A DNA stretch of 64,000 nucleotides from an uncultured Pseudomonadales bacterium (GCA_964509075.1 CAZDWC010000009.1:63842-127841), one strand, 5' to 3'. Counted from the first letter of the stretch, positions 1 to 9,572 are shown. Numbers and translations: made by a program. The notes: generated by a model from the letters alone, not told the origin.

Positions 1-441
1 CTGGCCATGACCACGGTCGCCTATTGCAGCATGGCGGTGGGTATTGCAGAAAAAATGACACGCATGGCTGCCGATTACACCACGCAACGGCAACAATTCG
101 GCGTGCCGATTGCGACGTTTCAGGCGCTTGCACATCGCCTGGCCGATTGCTACATCGACACCGAATGCCTGCGCATCATTACGCAGAAGGCCGCAAGCGA
201 TGTCTGTGAGGGCAACTACAGCAGTGAGAGCATTGGCATGGCAAAAATCTGGTGCGGCAATGTGATGGCGCGCGTGAGCCAGGCGGCGCAGCACGTACAC
301 GGCGGCGCGGGCATTGATCGCGATTATCCGTTGTTCCGTTATTGCCTGTGGGCCAAACACCTTGAACTTGCACTCGGTAACAGTCGTGTGCATCTGGCGG
401 CACTGGCTGATCGTCTGGCAGAACAATATTGTGCACAATGA
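1..441 (+). CDS. acyl-CoA dehydrogenase, C-terminal part (5' end lies outside the window)
   Basis: Frame +1 is open from nt 1 to TGA 439-441. The tail (QRQQFGVPIATFQALAHRLAD ... HVHGGAGIDRDYPLFRY) resembles the C-terminal helical ACAD domain. Confidence 0.85.
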   Translation: MAMTTVAYCSMAVGIAEKMTRMAADYTTQRQQFGVPIATFQALAHRLADCYIDTECLRIITQKAASDVCEGNYSSESIGMAKIWCGNVMARVSQAAQHVHGGAGIDRDYPLFRYCLWAKHLELALGNSRVHLAALADRLAEQYCAQ

Positions 442-2642
442 GGCCAAGCATGACGACGTTAACGAATACTGCCATCTGCCGTGTGTGCACGGCGCTCTGT
501 CCTATTCTGGTGGAAACCGAAAACAGTCGCGTAACACGCGTCAGTGGTGATCCGGATAACGCGTTGTATCAGGGTTATACCTGTCCGAAGGGCCGCGCAC
601 TCACCGAGCAGCACAACAGCCCGCAGCGTTTGCTGCACACACAGAAGCGCGGCAGTGATGGCCTGTTCACGGCCATTGGCAGCGAGCAGGCGATGGATGA
701 AATTGCGGCGAAGGTGAGCGCGTTGATTGCGCAATACGGTCCGCGTTCGGTTGCCTTGTACACGGGCACCAATTCGTTCGCTTATCCCACGGGGCCGTTG
801 ATGGCGAATGCCTGGTTGCGCGGCATTCAGTCGCCGATGTTTTTTACCTCAGGCACGGTGGATCAGCCCGGTAAACACGTGGCGATGGCGCTGCATGGTA
901 CGTGGTCGGCTGGTGAACATGTTTTTGAAGAGTCGGATGTGTTCATGCTGATCGGCTTGAATCCGGTCATTGCCAAATCCACCGGTATCCCCACGCAGAA
1001 TCCGGGGCAAAAACTGAAAGATGCCGTCGAGCGCGGCATGAAGTTGATCGTGATTGATCCGCGACGCACGGAAACCGCACGCAAGGCTCATCATCATCTG
1101 GCCATTCGCCCGGGTGAAGATGCTGTGCTGCTGGCGGGTTTTATAAACATCATCATTCAGGAACAGTTATTCGATCGCGATTTTTTGCTGCATAACGCCG
1201 AAGGTTTCGAGCAATTGCGCGAAGCTGTTTTGCCATTCACGCCGTCATTTGTTGCGCAGCGTAGCGGTGTGGATGAGGCGAGTATCGTCGTGGCAGCGCG
1301 CACATTTGCGCAAGGGCGGCGCGGTGCTGCTGTGTGTGGCACCGGGCCGAATATGTCGCCACAGGGAACCTTGGTGGAGTATTTATCACTCTGCTTGAAT
1401 ACCTTGTGCGGGCGTTGGCGCCGTGAAGGCGAACCGGTGATGCGCCCCAATGTGATGATGCCGGCGTTCACGCCGCGCGCGCAGCCGAATAAACCGGTGA
1501 AAGCATTTGGTTACGGTGAAAAATTGCGGGTAAAAAATCTCACCGACGCCGCCTGCGGTCTGCCAACCACGGCCTTGCCCGACGAAATATTGCTGGAAGG
1601 CGAAGGGCAGGTGAAAGCGCTGTTTGTGGTGGGTGGCAATCCGATGATGGCGTGGCCCGATCAGGAAAAAACTTTTAAAGCCTTGTCGTCGCTGGAGCTG
1701 TTGGTGACGATAGATCCGTTCATGTCGGCTACAGCAGAGTTGGCGCACTATGTCATTGCGCCGAAATTGACACTTGAAACACCGGGTATGACCTTGCCGT
1801 ATGAATTGTTGAAGTTTTTCGGGCCGGGCATGGGGTATGCCTTGCCGTATGCACAGTATGCCGAGCGTGTGGCGTCACCACCGGCAGGTGCCGATGTGCT
1901 GGAAGAGTGGGAGTTTTTCTACGGGCTTGCGCAGCGTATGCAGGCTGCCTTGTGGTTTGTGGTGTACTACGGTTGGGGCAAGCACATGGAGTCGCCGCCC
2001 ATTTATTTTGAAATGGATTTGCACAACAAGCCGACGACGGAAATATTGCACGAGCGCATGCTGGAGTCTGCGCGCATTCCTTTGGCAACCATCAAGCAGT
2101 ATCCGCATGGCCATGTGTTCGAACTGGAAGATGATTTATGTGTGCTGCCGCGTGCAGACGATTGCACCTGGCGTTTGCAGGTGGGTGTGCCGATGATGAT
2201 GGAACAGTTGTCGGCATTACTGCAGCGCGATGTGACGGCACCGGAAGCCAGTGCCGAGCGACCGCTGTATCTGACCAGTCGCCGTCTGAATCACGTCAAT
2301 AATTCTTCCGGCCGCACTTTGCCGAGTTTGATGGAAAAGCAACCCTACAACCCGGCGTATATGCATTCGTCATTGATGCAGCAGTTGGGTGTTGCAGAAA
2401 AGCAGAAAGTAGAGATTCGCTCAGCCTACGGCGCTATTGAGGGAATTGTGCATGCCGATGACAGTTTGCGTGTTGATGTGGTGTCGATGAGTCATGCCTT
2501 TGGCAGCAATCCCGGTCGCGATTTGCCGGTGGAGCAAGTGGGCAGTAATACCTCGCGTTTGGTGAGCGTGGATGCGGAGAGCGATCCAGTGACTAATATG
2601 CCGCGGATGTCGTCGATTCCAGTGAAAGTCGCTGCGATCTGA
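438..2642 (+). CDS. molybdopterin (MopB/DMSO-reductase superfamily) oxidoreductase
   Basis: 734-aa ORF. The N-terminal C-x2-C-x3-C-x27-C cluster (CRVCTALCP...YTCPKG) is typical of the 4Fe-4S domain of molybdopterin enzymes. ATG 438 overlaps the upstream stop as ATGA; TTG 429 is an alternative start. Confidence 0.85.
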   Translation: MRPSMTTLTNTAICRVCTALCPILVETENSRVTRVSGDPDNALYQGYTCPKGRALTEQHNSPQRLLHTQKRGSDGLFTAIGSEQAMDEIAAKVSALIAQYGPRSVALYTGTNSFAYPTGPLMANAWLRGIQSPMFFTSGTVDQPGKHVAMALHGTWSAGEHVFEESDVFMLIGLNPVIAKSTGIPTQNPGQKLKDAVERGMKLIVIDPRRTETARKAHHHLAIRPGEDAVLLAGFINIIIQEQLFDRDFLLHNAEGFEQLREAVLPFTPSFVAQRSGVDEASIVVAARTFAQGRRGAAVCGTGPNMSPQGTLVEYLSLCLNTLCGRWRREGEPVMRPNVMMPAFTPRAQPNKPVKAFGYGEKLRVKNLTDAACGLPTTALPDEILLEGEGQVKALFVVGGNPMMAWPDQEKTFKALSSLELLVTIDPFMSATAELAHYVIAPKLTLETPGMTLPYELLKFFGPGMGYALPYAQYAERVASPPAGADVLEEWEFFYGLAQRMQAALWFVVYYGWGKHMESPPIYFEMDLHNKPTTEILHERMLESARIPLATIKQYPHGHVFELEDDLCVLPRADDCTWRLQVGVPMMMEQLSALLQRDVTAPEASAERPLYLTSRRLNHVNNSSGRTLPSLMEKQPYNPAYMHSSLMQQLGVAEKQKVEIRSAYGAIEGIVHADDSLRVDVVSMSHAFGSNPGRDLPVEQVGSNTSRLVSVDAESDPVTNMPRMSSIPVKVAAI

Positions 2643-2646
2643 TTGT

Positions 2647-3057
2647 TTACACCAGCCCCACGCCCTTCATGCAATGCGGCCCGCCCCAGTGTTCGACTAC
2701 CTTGCCGTTTTCAAAACGCAGGATGGCGGTGCCGTTGATGACTACGTGCTTGCCTGAAGGTGGCACATCGTAGAAAAAACCGCCGCTGTGGGTGCCGCTG
2801 AGTGTCCAGTTGGACACAATGTGTTCGCCGCTTTCCAGCACCAGATTGACGTCGAATTTCATGTCGGGAAAAGCCTGCTTGGCGTTCTCCCAGAAATCTT
2901 TTTCGTGGCCGCGAATGTCGGTGCCCACGCGCTCAGGCACCACGCGTTCGGTGACGTGGCTCATGAATGTGTCGGCAAAATATTCATACACGGCGTCGTA
3001 ATCGCCTTTGGCCATGCGGTCGGAGTAAATGGCGAGGTTATGCAGGTTCTGGCTCAT
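2647..3057 (-). CDS. SnoaL-like / ester cyclase family protein
   Basis: 136-aa product starting MSQNLHNLAIYSDRMAKGDYDAVYEYFADTF..., with an NTF2/SnoaL-like pattern. ATG at 3057 is preceded by GGAGA. The longer 190-aa ORF to 3219 would overlap tusE and is rejected. Confidence 0.75.
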   Translation of the reverse strand: MSQNLHNLAIYSDRMAKGDYDAVYEYFADTFMSHVTERVVPERVGTDIRGHEKDFWENAKQAFPDMKFDVNLVLESGEHIVSNWTLSGTHSGGFFYDVPPSGKHVVINGTAILRFENGKVVEHWGGPHCMKGVGLV

Positions 3058-3086
3058 GTCAGGTCTCCGCTGATGAAGATGCAAGC

Positions 3087-3419
3087 TTACAGGCAGTTGT
3101 CGGGTTTGGGCAGCCCGGCGATTCTGGCCGCCACTTTGGCGGGGCTGCCGGGAAAGTGTTGCAGTAAATAGATGCTGGTGGATTTTCCCGGGCCGAGTTT
3201 TTCTTTCAGGTATTTGCACAGTGGGCGCATGGCCGGCGACAAGCCGAACTGTGCATGGAACTCGCGCAGAGCGTTCAGGATTTCCCAGTGCGTATCCGTC
3301 AGGTCAATGCTGTCTTCCTCTGCCAGCAATACGGCAATTGCGGGTGACCAGTCCTGCAAGTTGCAGAGATAACCTTCGGCATCGCGTGCAGGGTTTGCGG
3401 GTGAGCCAGTCGTATTCAT
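3087..3419 (-). CDS. tusE: sulfurtransferase TusE (DsrC family)
   Basis: 110 aa. DsrC/TusE-like sequence ending in ...GLPKPDNCL with the penultimate conserved Cys. ATG 3419 overlaps the tusB stop (ATGA). Confidence 0.85.
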   Translation of the reverse strand: MNTTGSPANPARDAEGYLCNLQDWSPAIAVLLAEEDSIDLTDTHWEILNALREFHAQFGLSPAMRPLCKYLKEKLGPGKSTSIYLLQHFPGSPAKVAARIAGLPKPDNCL

Positions 3420-3739
3420 GCGCACCAGTTAAGTACTTTGTGATGCTGGCAGCAAAGCTGGACAAAGCCGGCGTCATCCACTGCCGTGCATCGATAATCT
3501 TTGCTGGTCAGTAATTCGCTTTCATTGATGCGGAGGCCGCGCGCTTCGAGATCCGGTTGCAATGCGTACAGTGCAAGCCCGAGTGCATGCGCGGCGCGCA
3601 GCGCGTGTGCGTCAGTAATGCAGTAGACGCCATTTTCCAGCAGCAGCAGGCTGTCGCCCGGCGAGGCGAAGCGAATCAGGCGTTCGAACATCACGCGCTG
3701 TTCGCGTGAGGAGGCGTTAAAAGTGTGCAAGGTTTTCAT
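3416..3739 (-). CDS. tusB: sulfurtransferase complex subunit TusB (DsrH family)
   Basis: 107 aa (MKTLHTFNASS...). Small DsrH-like protein in the position following tusC. Its start overlaps the tusC stop (ATGA). Confidence 0.8.
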   Translation of the reverse strand: MKTLHTFNASSREQRVMFERLIRFASPGDSLLLLENGVYCITDAHALRAAHALGLALYALQPDLEARGLRINESELLTSKDYRCTAVDDAGFVQLCCQHHKVLNWCA

Positions 3740-4104
3740 AAGTTGATCACGCAATCGGCATCGCGTACCAGTTCGCGCAGTGTGGAAGCCTCCAGTGGCG
3801 TCACCGGTATTGCCAGTGTTTCGGCAGACAGCTGGCGTGCATCCAGCGAATAGCGATCTGCAAACACTGCATGGATGTCGTAGTAGGCGAGTGCGCCCAG
3901 CATCTTGCTAATATCCTTGCTACCGATGCCGGATGGCTTCTGCTCTGCGAGCAGTTGCCAGACACCATCACCGGTAAACAACAATTGCACGTTCTGCTCG
4001 AAGGCGGCGCAGGCGAGTGCGGCGTCCAGCGTTTCACGCGCCGTTGATGTGCCATGCGGTGCGCGCTGAAGGATGAAGAGGATTTTTTTGCGCGACGCTT
4101 CCAT
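3736..4104 (-). CDS. tusC: sulfurtransferase complex subunit TusC (DsrF family)
   Basis: 122 aa (MEASRKKILFILQRAPHGTSTARETLDAALA...), a typical DsrF/TusC N-terminus. It lies between tusD and tusB. Confidence 0.85.
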   Translation of the reverse strand: MEASRKKILFILQRAPHGTSTARETLDAALACAAFEQNVQLLFTGDGVWQLLAEQKPSGIGSKDISKMLGALAYYDIHAVFADRYSLDARQLSAETLAIPVTPLEASTLRELVRDADCVINL

Positions 4105-4108
4105 GGTG

Positions 4109-4498
4109 TCAACCAAAGGTGAGAACGCGGTCGGCGTTGATGATGGCGTCACTCAGCTGGCCGAGACCGGCAATCACCATGGATGCCGCTACATTGCAGG
4201 CAGGCAATGTGTGGCGCTCGGCTTCGCGATTGTCGACCACGCCGCGTTTCACGGCGGCAGAAACACAGACCACGGCATCAATACTGTGGTTGTCACAGAA
4301 CAGTTGCCATTCCGCAGGAATATTGTGTTCATCTTGTGGTGCGATGGCGAGCTGGCTGGCGTTGTGCACGCCGTCGCGGAAGAAAAAAATGCGTTCGATC
4401 GTGTGATCTTTTGCCAGTGCGGCACGCGCAAAGCGCAGTGCGGTCGCCGAGCCTTGTGAACTGAACGGTGCGGCAGTGACCAGTAGCGCAAATTTCAT
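4109..4498 (-). CDS. tusD: sulfurtransferase complex subunit TusD (DsrE family)
   Basis: 129 aa ([28 protein letters not shown]...VCVSAAVKRG), a DsrE/TusD pattern with the conserved Cys. ATG 4498 overlaps the hflD stop (ATGA). Confidence 0.85.
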   Translation of the reverse strand: MKFALLVTAAPFSSQGSATALRFARAALAKDHTIERIFFFRDGVHNASQLAIAPQDEHNIPAEWQLFCDNHSIDAVVCVSAAVKRGVVDNREAERHTLPACNVAASMVIAGLGQLSDAIINADRVLTFG

Positions 4499-5118
4499 GC
4501 GGCGAGCAGGGCCAGTGTGGTGTTGTAGATGGCCTTGCGCTTGAAGATGAAATCCAGGCGCGAGCCACCCATCTGCCGCCACAGGGTTACGGCGCGAATG
4601 CCGCCCAGCAGCACGGTGCGGATCTGGTTGGCGATGGTGTCCTGCTGCAGGATTTGCGGATTGCCATTGACCTGGATGCGGAAGCGGAAGGTGCTGATGG
4701 TATCGAGATACAGCGCGGCAATACTGCTGATGATATTGCTGTGTGTTTCACTGCCGTTGATGCCAACCTGTTTCTGGATTTGCTGAATGCGTTTGCCGAG
4801 CGTGTCCAGCATTTCGCTGTTGCGAATCAGTCGGCGTTGCAGGTGCAGCATGCTGGCGCAGTAACGCAGGATATCGCTCCGCGTGTTGCCGTTGCTTTCA
4901 AAGGCATCGCGCAGGGTTTGCAGGCCCAGCTGCAGGTGTTTGCGGTCGATGAAGATACTTTCACAATTGTCGGCATCCAGCATCAGGATGCTGTGCACGG
5001 TGCCTTCCATTGCTGTCGGGTTGCCGGCGCCTTCGCGGGCAATCTGGTCGGCCAGTGCGGCTGCCTGCACCACGCCAGCCAGTGCCAGCACGCGATCATT
5101 GAGGGAATGTTTGCTCAT
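4495..5118 (-). CDS. hflD: high-frequency-of-lysogenization protein HflD
   Basis: 207 aa. By eye it is collinear with E. coli HflD (LALAG..Q.A.L, RIQV.G.P..LQ, GIRA..LW.Q.GG.RL). It sits immediately downstream of mnmA, as in enterobacteria. Confidence 0.85.
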   Translation of the reverse strand: MSKHSLNDRVLALAGVVQAAALADQIAREGAGNPTAMEGTVHSILMLDADNCESIFIDRKHLQLGLQTLRDAFESNGNTRSDILRYCASMLHLQRRLIRNSEMLDTLGKRIQQIQKQVGINGSETHSNIISSIAALYLDTISTFRFRIQVNGNPQILQQDTIANQIRTVLLGGIRAVTLWRQMGGSRLDFIFKRKAIYNTTLALLAA

Positions 5119-6233
5119 GCCTGGGGTTCCATTAATGCCTGGGAAGATAGGGCTTGTTCAATGATAGCGCCGCCGAGGCAGATGTCGCCATCATAGAAGA
5201 CGATGGACTGGCCGGGTGTGATTGCCCGCTGTGCCTCGGCAAAGTTCACCAGCAGTTGATCGGGTGCGAGCTGGGTAATGGCGCAAGCCTGACCCTGCTG
5301 CCGGTAGCGAATCTTGCAGTGCAATGCTGCGGTGTTGGCCGGTGGCGTGTCGGCGATCCAGTGGACCTGCGAGCAGCACAGGGAGGGAGCGTAGAGGGCA
5401 GGGTGTTCGCCTTGCGCCACGATCAACACATTGCGTTCGAGATCCTTGCCGGCTACATACCAGGGCTCCTCGCTGGCATTTTTCACGCCGCCGATGCCCA
5501 GCCCCTGACGCTGGCCGATGGTGTAGTACATCAGTCCGCTGTGCGTGCCGATGGCGCTACCGTCAACGGTTTCCATTACGCCGGGCTGCGCCGGCAGGTA
5601 GCGTTCCAGGAAATCCTTGAAACGGCGTTCGCCGATGAAGCAGATGCCGGTGGAATCCTTCTTGCGCGCGGTGGCCAGCCCGTATTGCTCGGCCAGTGCA
5701 CGCACTTGCGGTTTTTCCAGCTCGCCGATGGGGAACAGCGTGCGTGCCAGTGCCGCTTCGCTCACTGCGTGTAGGAAATAGCTCTGGTCCTTGTTCGGGT
5801 CCAGACCCTTCAGCAGTTGTGTGCGGCCATCGAGGGTGCGCACACGGCAGTAGTGGCCGGTGGCGATCTTGTCGGCGCCGAGCAGGGTGGCGTAGTCGAG
5901 GAAGACCTTGAACTTGATTTCGCGGTTGCAGAGGATGTCCGGATTCGGCGTGCGCCCGGCCTGGTATTCGGCGAGAAAATGCTCGAAAACGTTGTCCCAG
6001 TATTCGCTGGCAAAATTGGCGGTGTGCAGGGTGATGCCCAGCTTGTCGGCCACCGCCTGCGCGTCTGCCAGGTCGGCCTTGGCAGTGCAGTATTCGCTGC
6101 CGTCATCCTCATCCCAGTTCTTCATGAACAGGCCTTCCACGGCATAGCCCTGCTGTTGCAACAACAGGGCAGTGACGGAGGAATCCACGCCGCCGGACAT
6201 GCCGACGATGACTTTTTCTGAGGGTCTGCTCAC
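5115..6233 (-). CDS. mnmA: tRNA 2-thiouridine(34) synthase MnmA
   Basis: Contains the PP-loop [13 protein letters not shown] and the MnmA body. A GTG start at 6233 gives [15 protein letters not shown], matching the E. coli [15 protein letters not shown] spacing. In-frame ATGs at 6269 and 6329 are possible but give atypical N-terminal extensions. Confidence 0.9.
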   Translation of the reverse strand: MSRPSEKVIVGMSGGVDSSVTALLLQQQGYAVEGLFMKNWDEDDGSEYCTAKADLADAQAVADKLGITLHTANFASEYWDNVFEHFLAEYQAGRTPNPDILCNREIKFKVFLDYATLLGADKIATGHYCRVRTLDGRTQLLKGLDPNKDQSYFLHAVSEAALARTLFPIGELEKPQVRALAEQYGLATARKKDSTGICFIGERRFKDFLERYLPAQPGVMETVDGSAIGTHSGLMYYTIGQRQGLGIGGVKNASEEPWYVAGKDLERNVLIVAQGEHPALYAPSLCCSQVHWIADTPPANTAALHCKIRYRQQGQACAITQLAPDQLLVNFAEAQRAITPGQSIVFYDGDICLGGAIIEQALSSQALMEPQA

Positions 6234-6363
6234 GAGGTAGACAAAGTAGGCTGAAAACCGGGCGGCCATGCTAGGCCGGGCGGGGCTGTGGTGCAAGTTT
6301 TGTGAATGCCGGTGGGAGGGTGCTACCATTCGATATAGCTAATAGATTTGAAAGGAATTCACC

Positions 6364-7779
6364 TTGAAACTTTTCCTTGCGCGCCATATTGGCTACTGCT
6401 TGTGTTTGATCATGATGGCTTTACCTGAGTTGTCATGGGCGATTGCTGCGGGTGAGCTGGATACCTCGTTTTCAGTAGGCAACGGCCCCAACATTACTAA
6501 TGACATCTCCATTCTTGATGTAAGGGGCATGGCATTGCAGCCAGATGGCAAGCTTGTGGTCGTTGGTGGATTTACGGAGTTCAATGGCGTGCCCAGGCAG
6601 CATATCGTGCGATTGCTGGCGGACGGCAGTGTGGATTCGAGTTTTGATGCCGGTTCCGCGGTAAACGCAAATGTTACGGAAGTTGCGATTACTCCTGATG
6701 GAAAAATATTGGTCGCAGGTGGAATGTTGGAATGGGATACTTCTGGTGAACCCTATGGGAATGGGGGTAGATATGTGTTGCGCTTGCATGCTGATGGTAC
6801 CCGCGATAACTCGTTTCGCGTTGGATTTGCAGGTGATTCCTCTAGAATCGTGGGCGGGTTAATTGTCCAGCCTGACGGGAAAATTCTAGTGAGTGGAGAT
6901 TTTTACTGTCGTTTGTATCGATTGAACGCCAACGGTGAGCTGGATGATTCTTTTCTTGTAAATCAGCAATGTTATTGGTACTCGAACTCAGTCAATGCTA
7001 TGGCAGTGCAAGCGGACGGCAAACTGGTTATTGCCAGTGATGAGGGATTATTGCGGCTTAATTCCGATGGTTCTCAAGATGTGTCCTTTTCACAGTATGT
7101 GCAGCTCTCGGGGGATGCAGCCTTTTATCAGGTTTTTGGGGATGGCAATGGATCGTTATATGCCGTTGGTAGCTTGGAAAATGCGGGGGAGCCCTATCCG
7201 GGAATGGTATTTAAATTTTCTGCGTCGGGAGAGTTTCAGGATAATTTTTTCATTACTGTTTTCGATGGCTGGGATGGCACGGGAATAGAGAAGATATTGG
7301 TTCAACCTGATGGCAAGCTGATTGTGGCGCGCAATTTCTATTGCTATGGGTTTGGGCCTACAACTGGCTTGATGCGCTTCAATGCCGATGGATCAGTGGA
7401 TGAAAGTTTTAATTCCGCCATTGAAGATCTCAAGATGGTAACGGATATGGAGATACAGCCAGATGGCCGCTTGGTGATTGTGGGTGAGTTTACCCAATAT
7501 GGTGGTGTTGCAGTGAATGGCGTCGCGCGGGTGCATACAGGGGATAGTGATGGTGATGGCATTCAGGATGCTGCTGATGCTTTTTCCCTCGATCCCTCTG
7601 AAACCCTTGATACGGATCGCGACGGTATCGGCAATGTCGCCGATCTTGATGATGATGGGGATGGTGTGCCGGATTATATAGATGCAGATCCGCTTAACCC
7701 GTCGGTGTCTATCGAAAGACCCCTGTTGCTTGATGCGGAATTCAGGGGGGCTGGTGTTCGAGAGGGGGTAGAGGGATAG
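6364..7779 (+). CDS. secreted delta-60 repeat protein with C-terminal thrombospondin type-3-like Ca-binding repeats
   Basis: TTG start after AAAGGA. Signal-peptide-like N-terminus (MKLFLARHIGYCLCLIMMALPELSWA). At least 6 repeats have a [QT]PDGK[IL][LV]V.G core. The C-terminus has D-rich DxDxDG motifs (DSDGDGIQDAAD, DTDRDGIGNVADLDDDGDGVPD). Confidence 0.75.
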   Translation: MKLFLARHIGYCLCLIMMALPELSWAIAAGELDTSFSVGNGPNITNDISILDVRGMALQPDGKLVVVGGFTEFNGVPRQHIVRLLADGSVDSSFDAGSAVNANVTEVAITPDGKILVAGGMLEWDTSGEPYGNGGRYVLRLHADGTRDNSFRVGFAGDSSRIVGGLIVQPDGKILVSGDFYCRLYRLNANGELDDSFLVNQQCYWYSNSVNAMAVQADGKLVIASDEGLLRLNSDGSQDVSFSQYVQLSGDAAFYQVFGDGNGSLYAVGSLENAGEPYPGMVFKFSASGEFQDNFFITVFDGWDGTGIEKILVQPDGKLIVARNFYCYGFGPTTGLMRFNADGSVDESFNSAIEDLKMVTDMEIQPDGRLVIVGEFTQYGGVAVNGVARVHTGDSDGDGIQDAADAFSLDPSETLDTDRDGIGNVADLDDDGDGVPDYIDADPLNPSVSIERPLLLDAEFRGAGVREGVEG

Positions 7780-7802
7780 AGCTTGTATCCTTGATTTCCT
7801 AG

Positions 7803-7830
7803 AAAAATCCCGCCCGGTGCGGGATTTTTT
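7803..7830 (+). terminator. rho-independent terminator
   Basis: AAAAATCCCGC-ccggt-GCGGGATTTTTT: a GC-rich stem followed by a T-run, 24 nt after the stop at 7779. Confidence 0.7.
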
Positions 7831-7907
7831 ATGGGAGTTGTGTGAGGGTTGATTGCCGTGACGAGAGTCAGAAAAAAAGCGCCAGAAAAAAAATTGACGC
7901 CACAGAT

Positions 7908-7936
7908 TTGACCTTTTGCAGATCGCTGTCTTTACT
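7908..7936 (+). promoter_or_regulatory. candidate sigma70 promoter for fleQ
   Basis: TTGACC, a 17-nt spacer, then TTTACT, about 110 nt upstream of fleQ. Motif match only. Confidence 0.25.
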
Positions 7937-8048
7937 GAGCTCAGGGTAGTCAAGGAACTGACTGCAAGCTCTCTCGGCAGAGTCAGGAAGTTGAAGGATC
8001 TGACAACAATCAGTGTGGAACAGCAAGCAGTCTCAGGAGTAGCAGTAT

Positions 8049-9545
8049 ATGTGGCGCGATATTCAAGTACTGGTGATTGATGACAATGCAGAACGCCAGC
8101 ACGATCTCAAGGTGATTCTCGATTTTCTCGGCGAAGCTTCGGTATGCACACCCTGCCAGGGTTGGCAGCAGGTGGCCAGCCAGCAGGCGCGCGACGGTCA
8201 GGATTTTGTCGCGGTGATGCTGGGCGATTGCTGTAACAGCGAGACCACGCTGACCGAGCGTATTGCCGAGCTGCACCAGTGGGATCCTTCCGTGCCGGTC
8301 ATCCTGCTGGGCCAGCGCCAGGCTGATGCCGGTCTGGAGCTCGAATTGCGCTACAAGATCATTGCCTCGCTGGTGATACCGCCCAGCTACAACAAATTGC
8401 TGGATACCTTGCACCGCTGCCAGGTGTACCGCGAGCAGTATGCATTGAGCCAGCGCGGCGGCTTGCAACAAAAGGAACCGCTGTTGTTCCAGAGTCTGGT
8501 CGGTTCCAGCGCCGGTATCGTGCAGGTGCGCGAAATGATGGCGCAAGTGGCGGATCGCGATGTAACGGTGTTGATCACAGGAGAATCCGGCACTGGCAAG
8601 GAAGTGGTGGCAAAAAACCTGCACGACAATTCCTCGCGTCGCGACAAGCCGTTCGTGCCTGTCAACTGCGGTGCCATTCCGCCGGAACTGCTGGAAAGCG
8701 AATTGTTCGGTCATGAGAAAGGTGCGTTTACCGGGGCCATTGCCAGCCGTGCCGGTCGCTTTGAAATGGCCGAGGGCGGCACGCTGTTTCTGGATGAAAT
8801 CGGCGACATGCCACTGCACATGCAGGTAAAGATCCTGCGCGTGTTACAGGAGCGCAGTTACGAGCGTGTCGGCGGCAATAAAACCTTGAAAACCGATGTG
8901 CGCATCATCGCTGCCACACACAAGAATCTCGACGAGATGATCGAGAAAGGCGAATTCCGCGAAGATCTGTACTATCGCCTCAATGTATTTCCCATCGAAA
9001 TTCCGCCGTTGCGCGAACGCACGGAAGATATTCCGTTGCTGGTCAATGAACTGGTGGCGCGGCTGGAGCGCGAGCGTCGCGGTTCCATCCGCTTCAATTC
9101 CGCTGCGGTGATGTCGTTGTGTCGTCACGAGTGGCCGGGCAATGTGCGCGAGCTGGCCAATCTGGTGGAACGCATGGCCATCATGTATCCGTACGGTGTT
9201 GTCGGTGTGCGTGAATTGCCGAAAAAATTCCGCCATGTCGATGAGCATGATGAAGATGCTGTGCTGATTCCGCAGGAGGCGCTGGCCTCTGCACAAGCTT
9301 CGTTGCCGGGCTTGCAGCGTACAGACAACATGGCTGGTGGATTGCCGGAAAATGTCCTGTTGCCACTCAATGGTGTCAATCTCAAGGACTATCTCAGCAA
9401 TTTGGAAGTCAGTTTGATCGAGCAGGCGCTGGGCGATTGCAACGGCATCGTGGCGCGTGCAGCAGACAAGCTACAGATACGTCGCACCACGCTGGTGGAA
9501 AAAATGCGGAAGTACGGCATTGAGCGCGGCGAAGAATTGATGTAA
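8049..9545 (+). CDS. fleQ: sigma54-dependent flagellar master regulator FleQ/FlrA
   Basis: 498 aa, near-collinear by eye with P. aeruginosa FleQ. It has [13 protein letters not shown]..., a GESGTGKE Walker A, GAFTGA and a C-terminal HTH ([13 protein letters not shown]). Confidence 0.92.
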   Translation: MWRDIQVLVIDDNAERQHDLKVILDFLGEASVCTPCQGWQQVASQQARDGQDFVAVMLGDCCNSETTLTERIAELHQWDPSVPVILLGQRQADAGLELELRYKIIASLVIPPSYNKLLDTLHRCQVYREQYALSQRGGLQQKEPLLFQSLVGSSAGIVQVREMMAQVADRDVTVLITGESGTGKEVVAKNLHDNSSRRDKPFVPVNCGAIPPELLESELFGHEKGAFTGAIASRAGRFEMAEGGTLFLDEIGDMPLHMQVKILRVLQERSYERVGGNKTLKTDVRIIAATHKNLDEMIEKGEFREDLYYRLNVFPIEIPPLRERTEDIPLLVNELVARLERERRGSIRFNSAAVMSLCRHEWPGNVRELANLVERMAIMYPYGVVGVRELPKKFRHVDEHDEDAVLIPQEALASAQASLPGLQRTDNMAGGLPENVLLPLNGVNLKDYLSNLEVSLIEQALGDCNGIVARAADKLQIRRTTLVEKMRKYGIERGEELM

Positions 9546-9572
9546 TCCCTTCAATCGATGTAATTCTTGCAC

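Noticed and set aside
6234-6329. Longer mnmA starts (ATG 6269, ATG 6329)
   Set aside because: They add 12-32 residues with no counterpart in MnmA homologues. GTG 6233 reproduces the canonical 7-residue lead before [12 protein letters not shown]. This remains uncertain without experimental data.
8010-8819. 269-aa ORF on the minus strand
   Set aside because: It is entirely antisense to the well-supported fleQ gene. Its Arg/Ala/His-rich, low-complexity translation is typical of a shadow ORF in GC-rich coding DNA.
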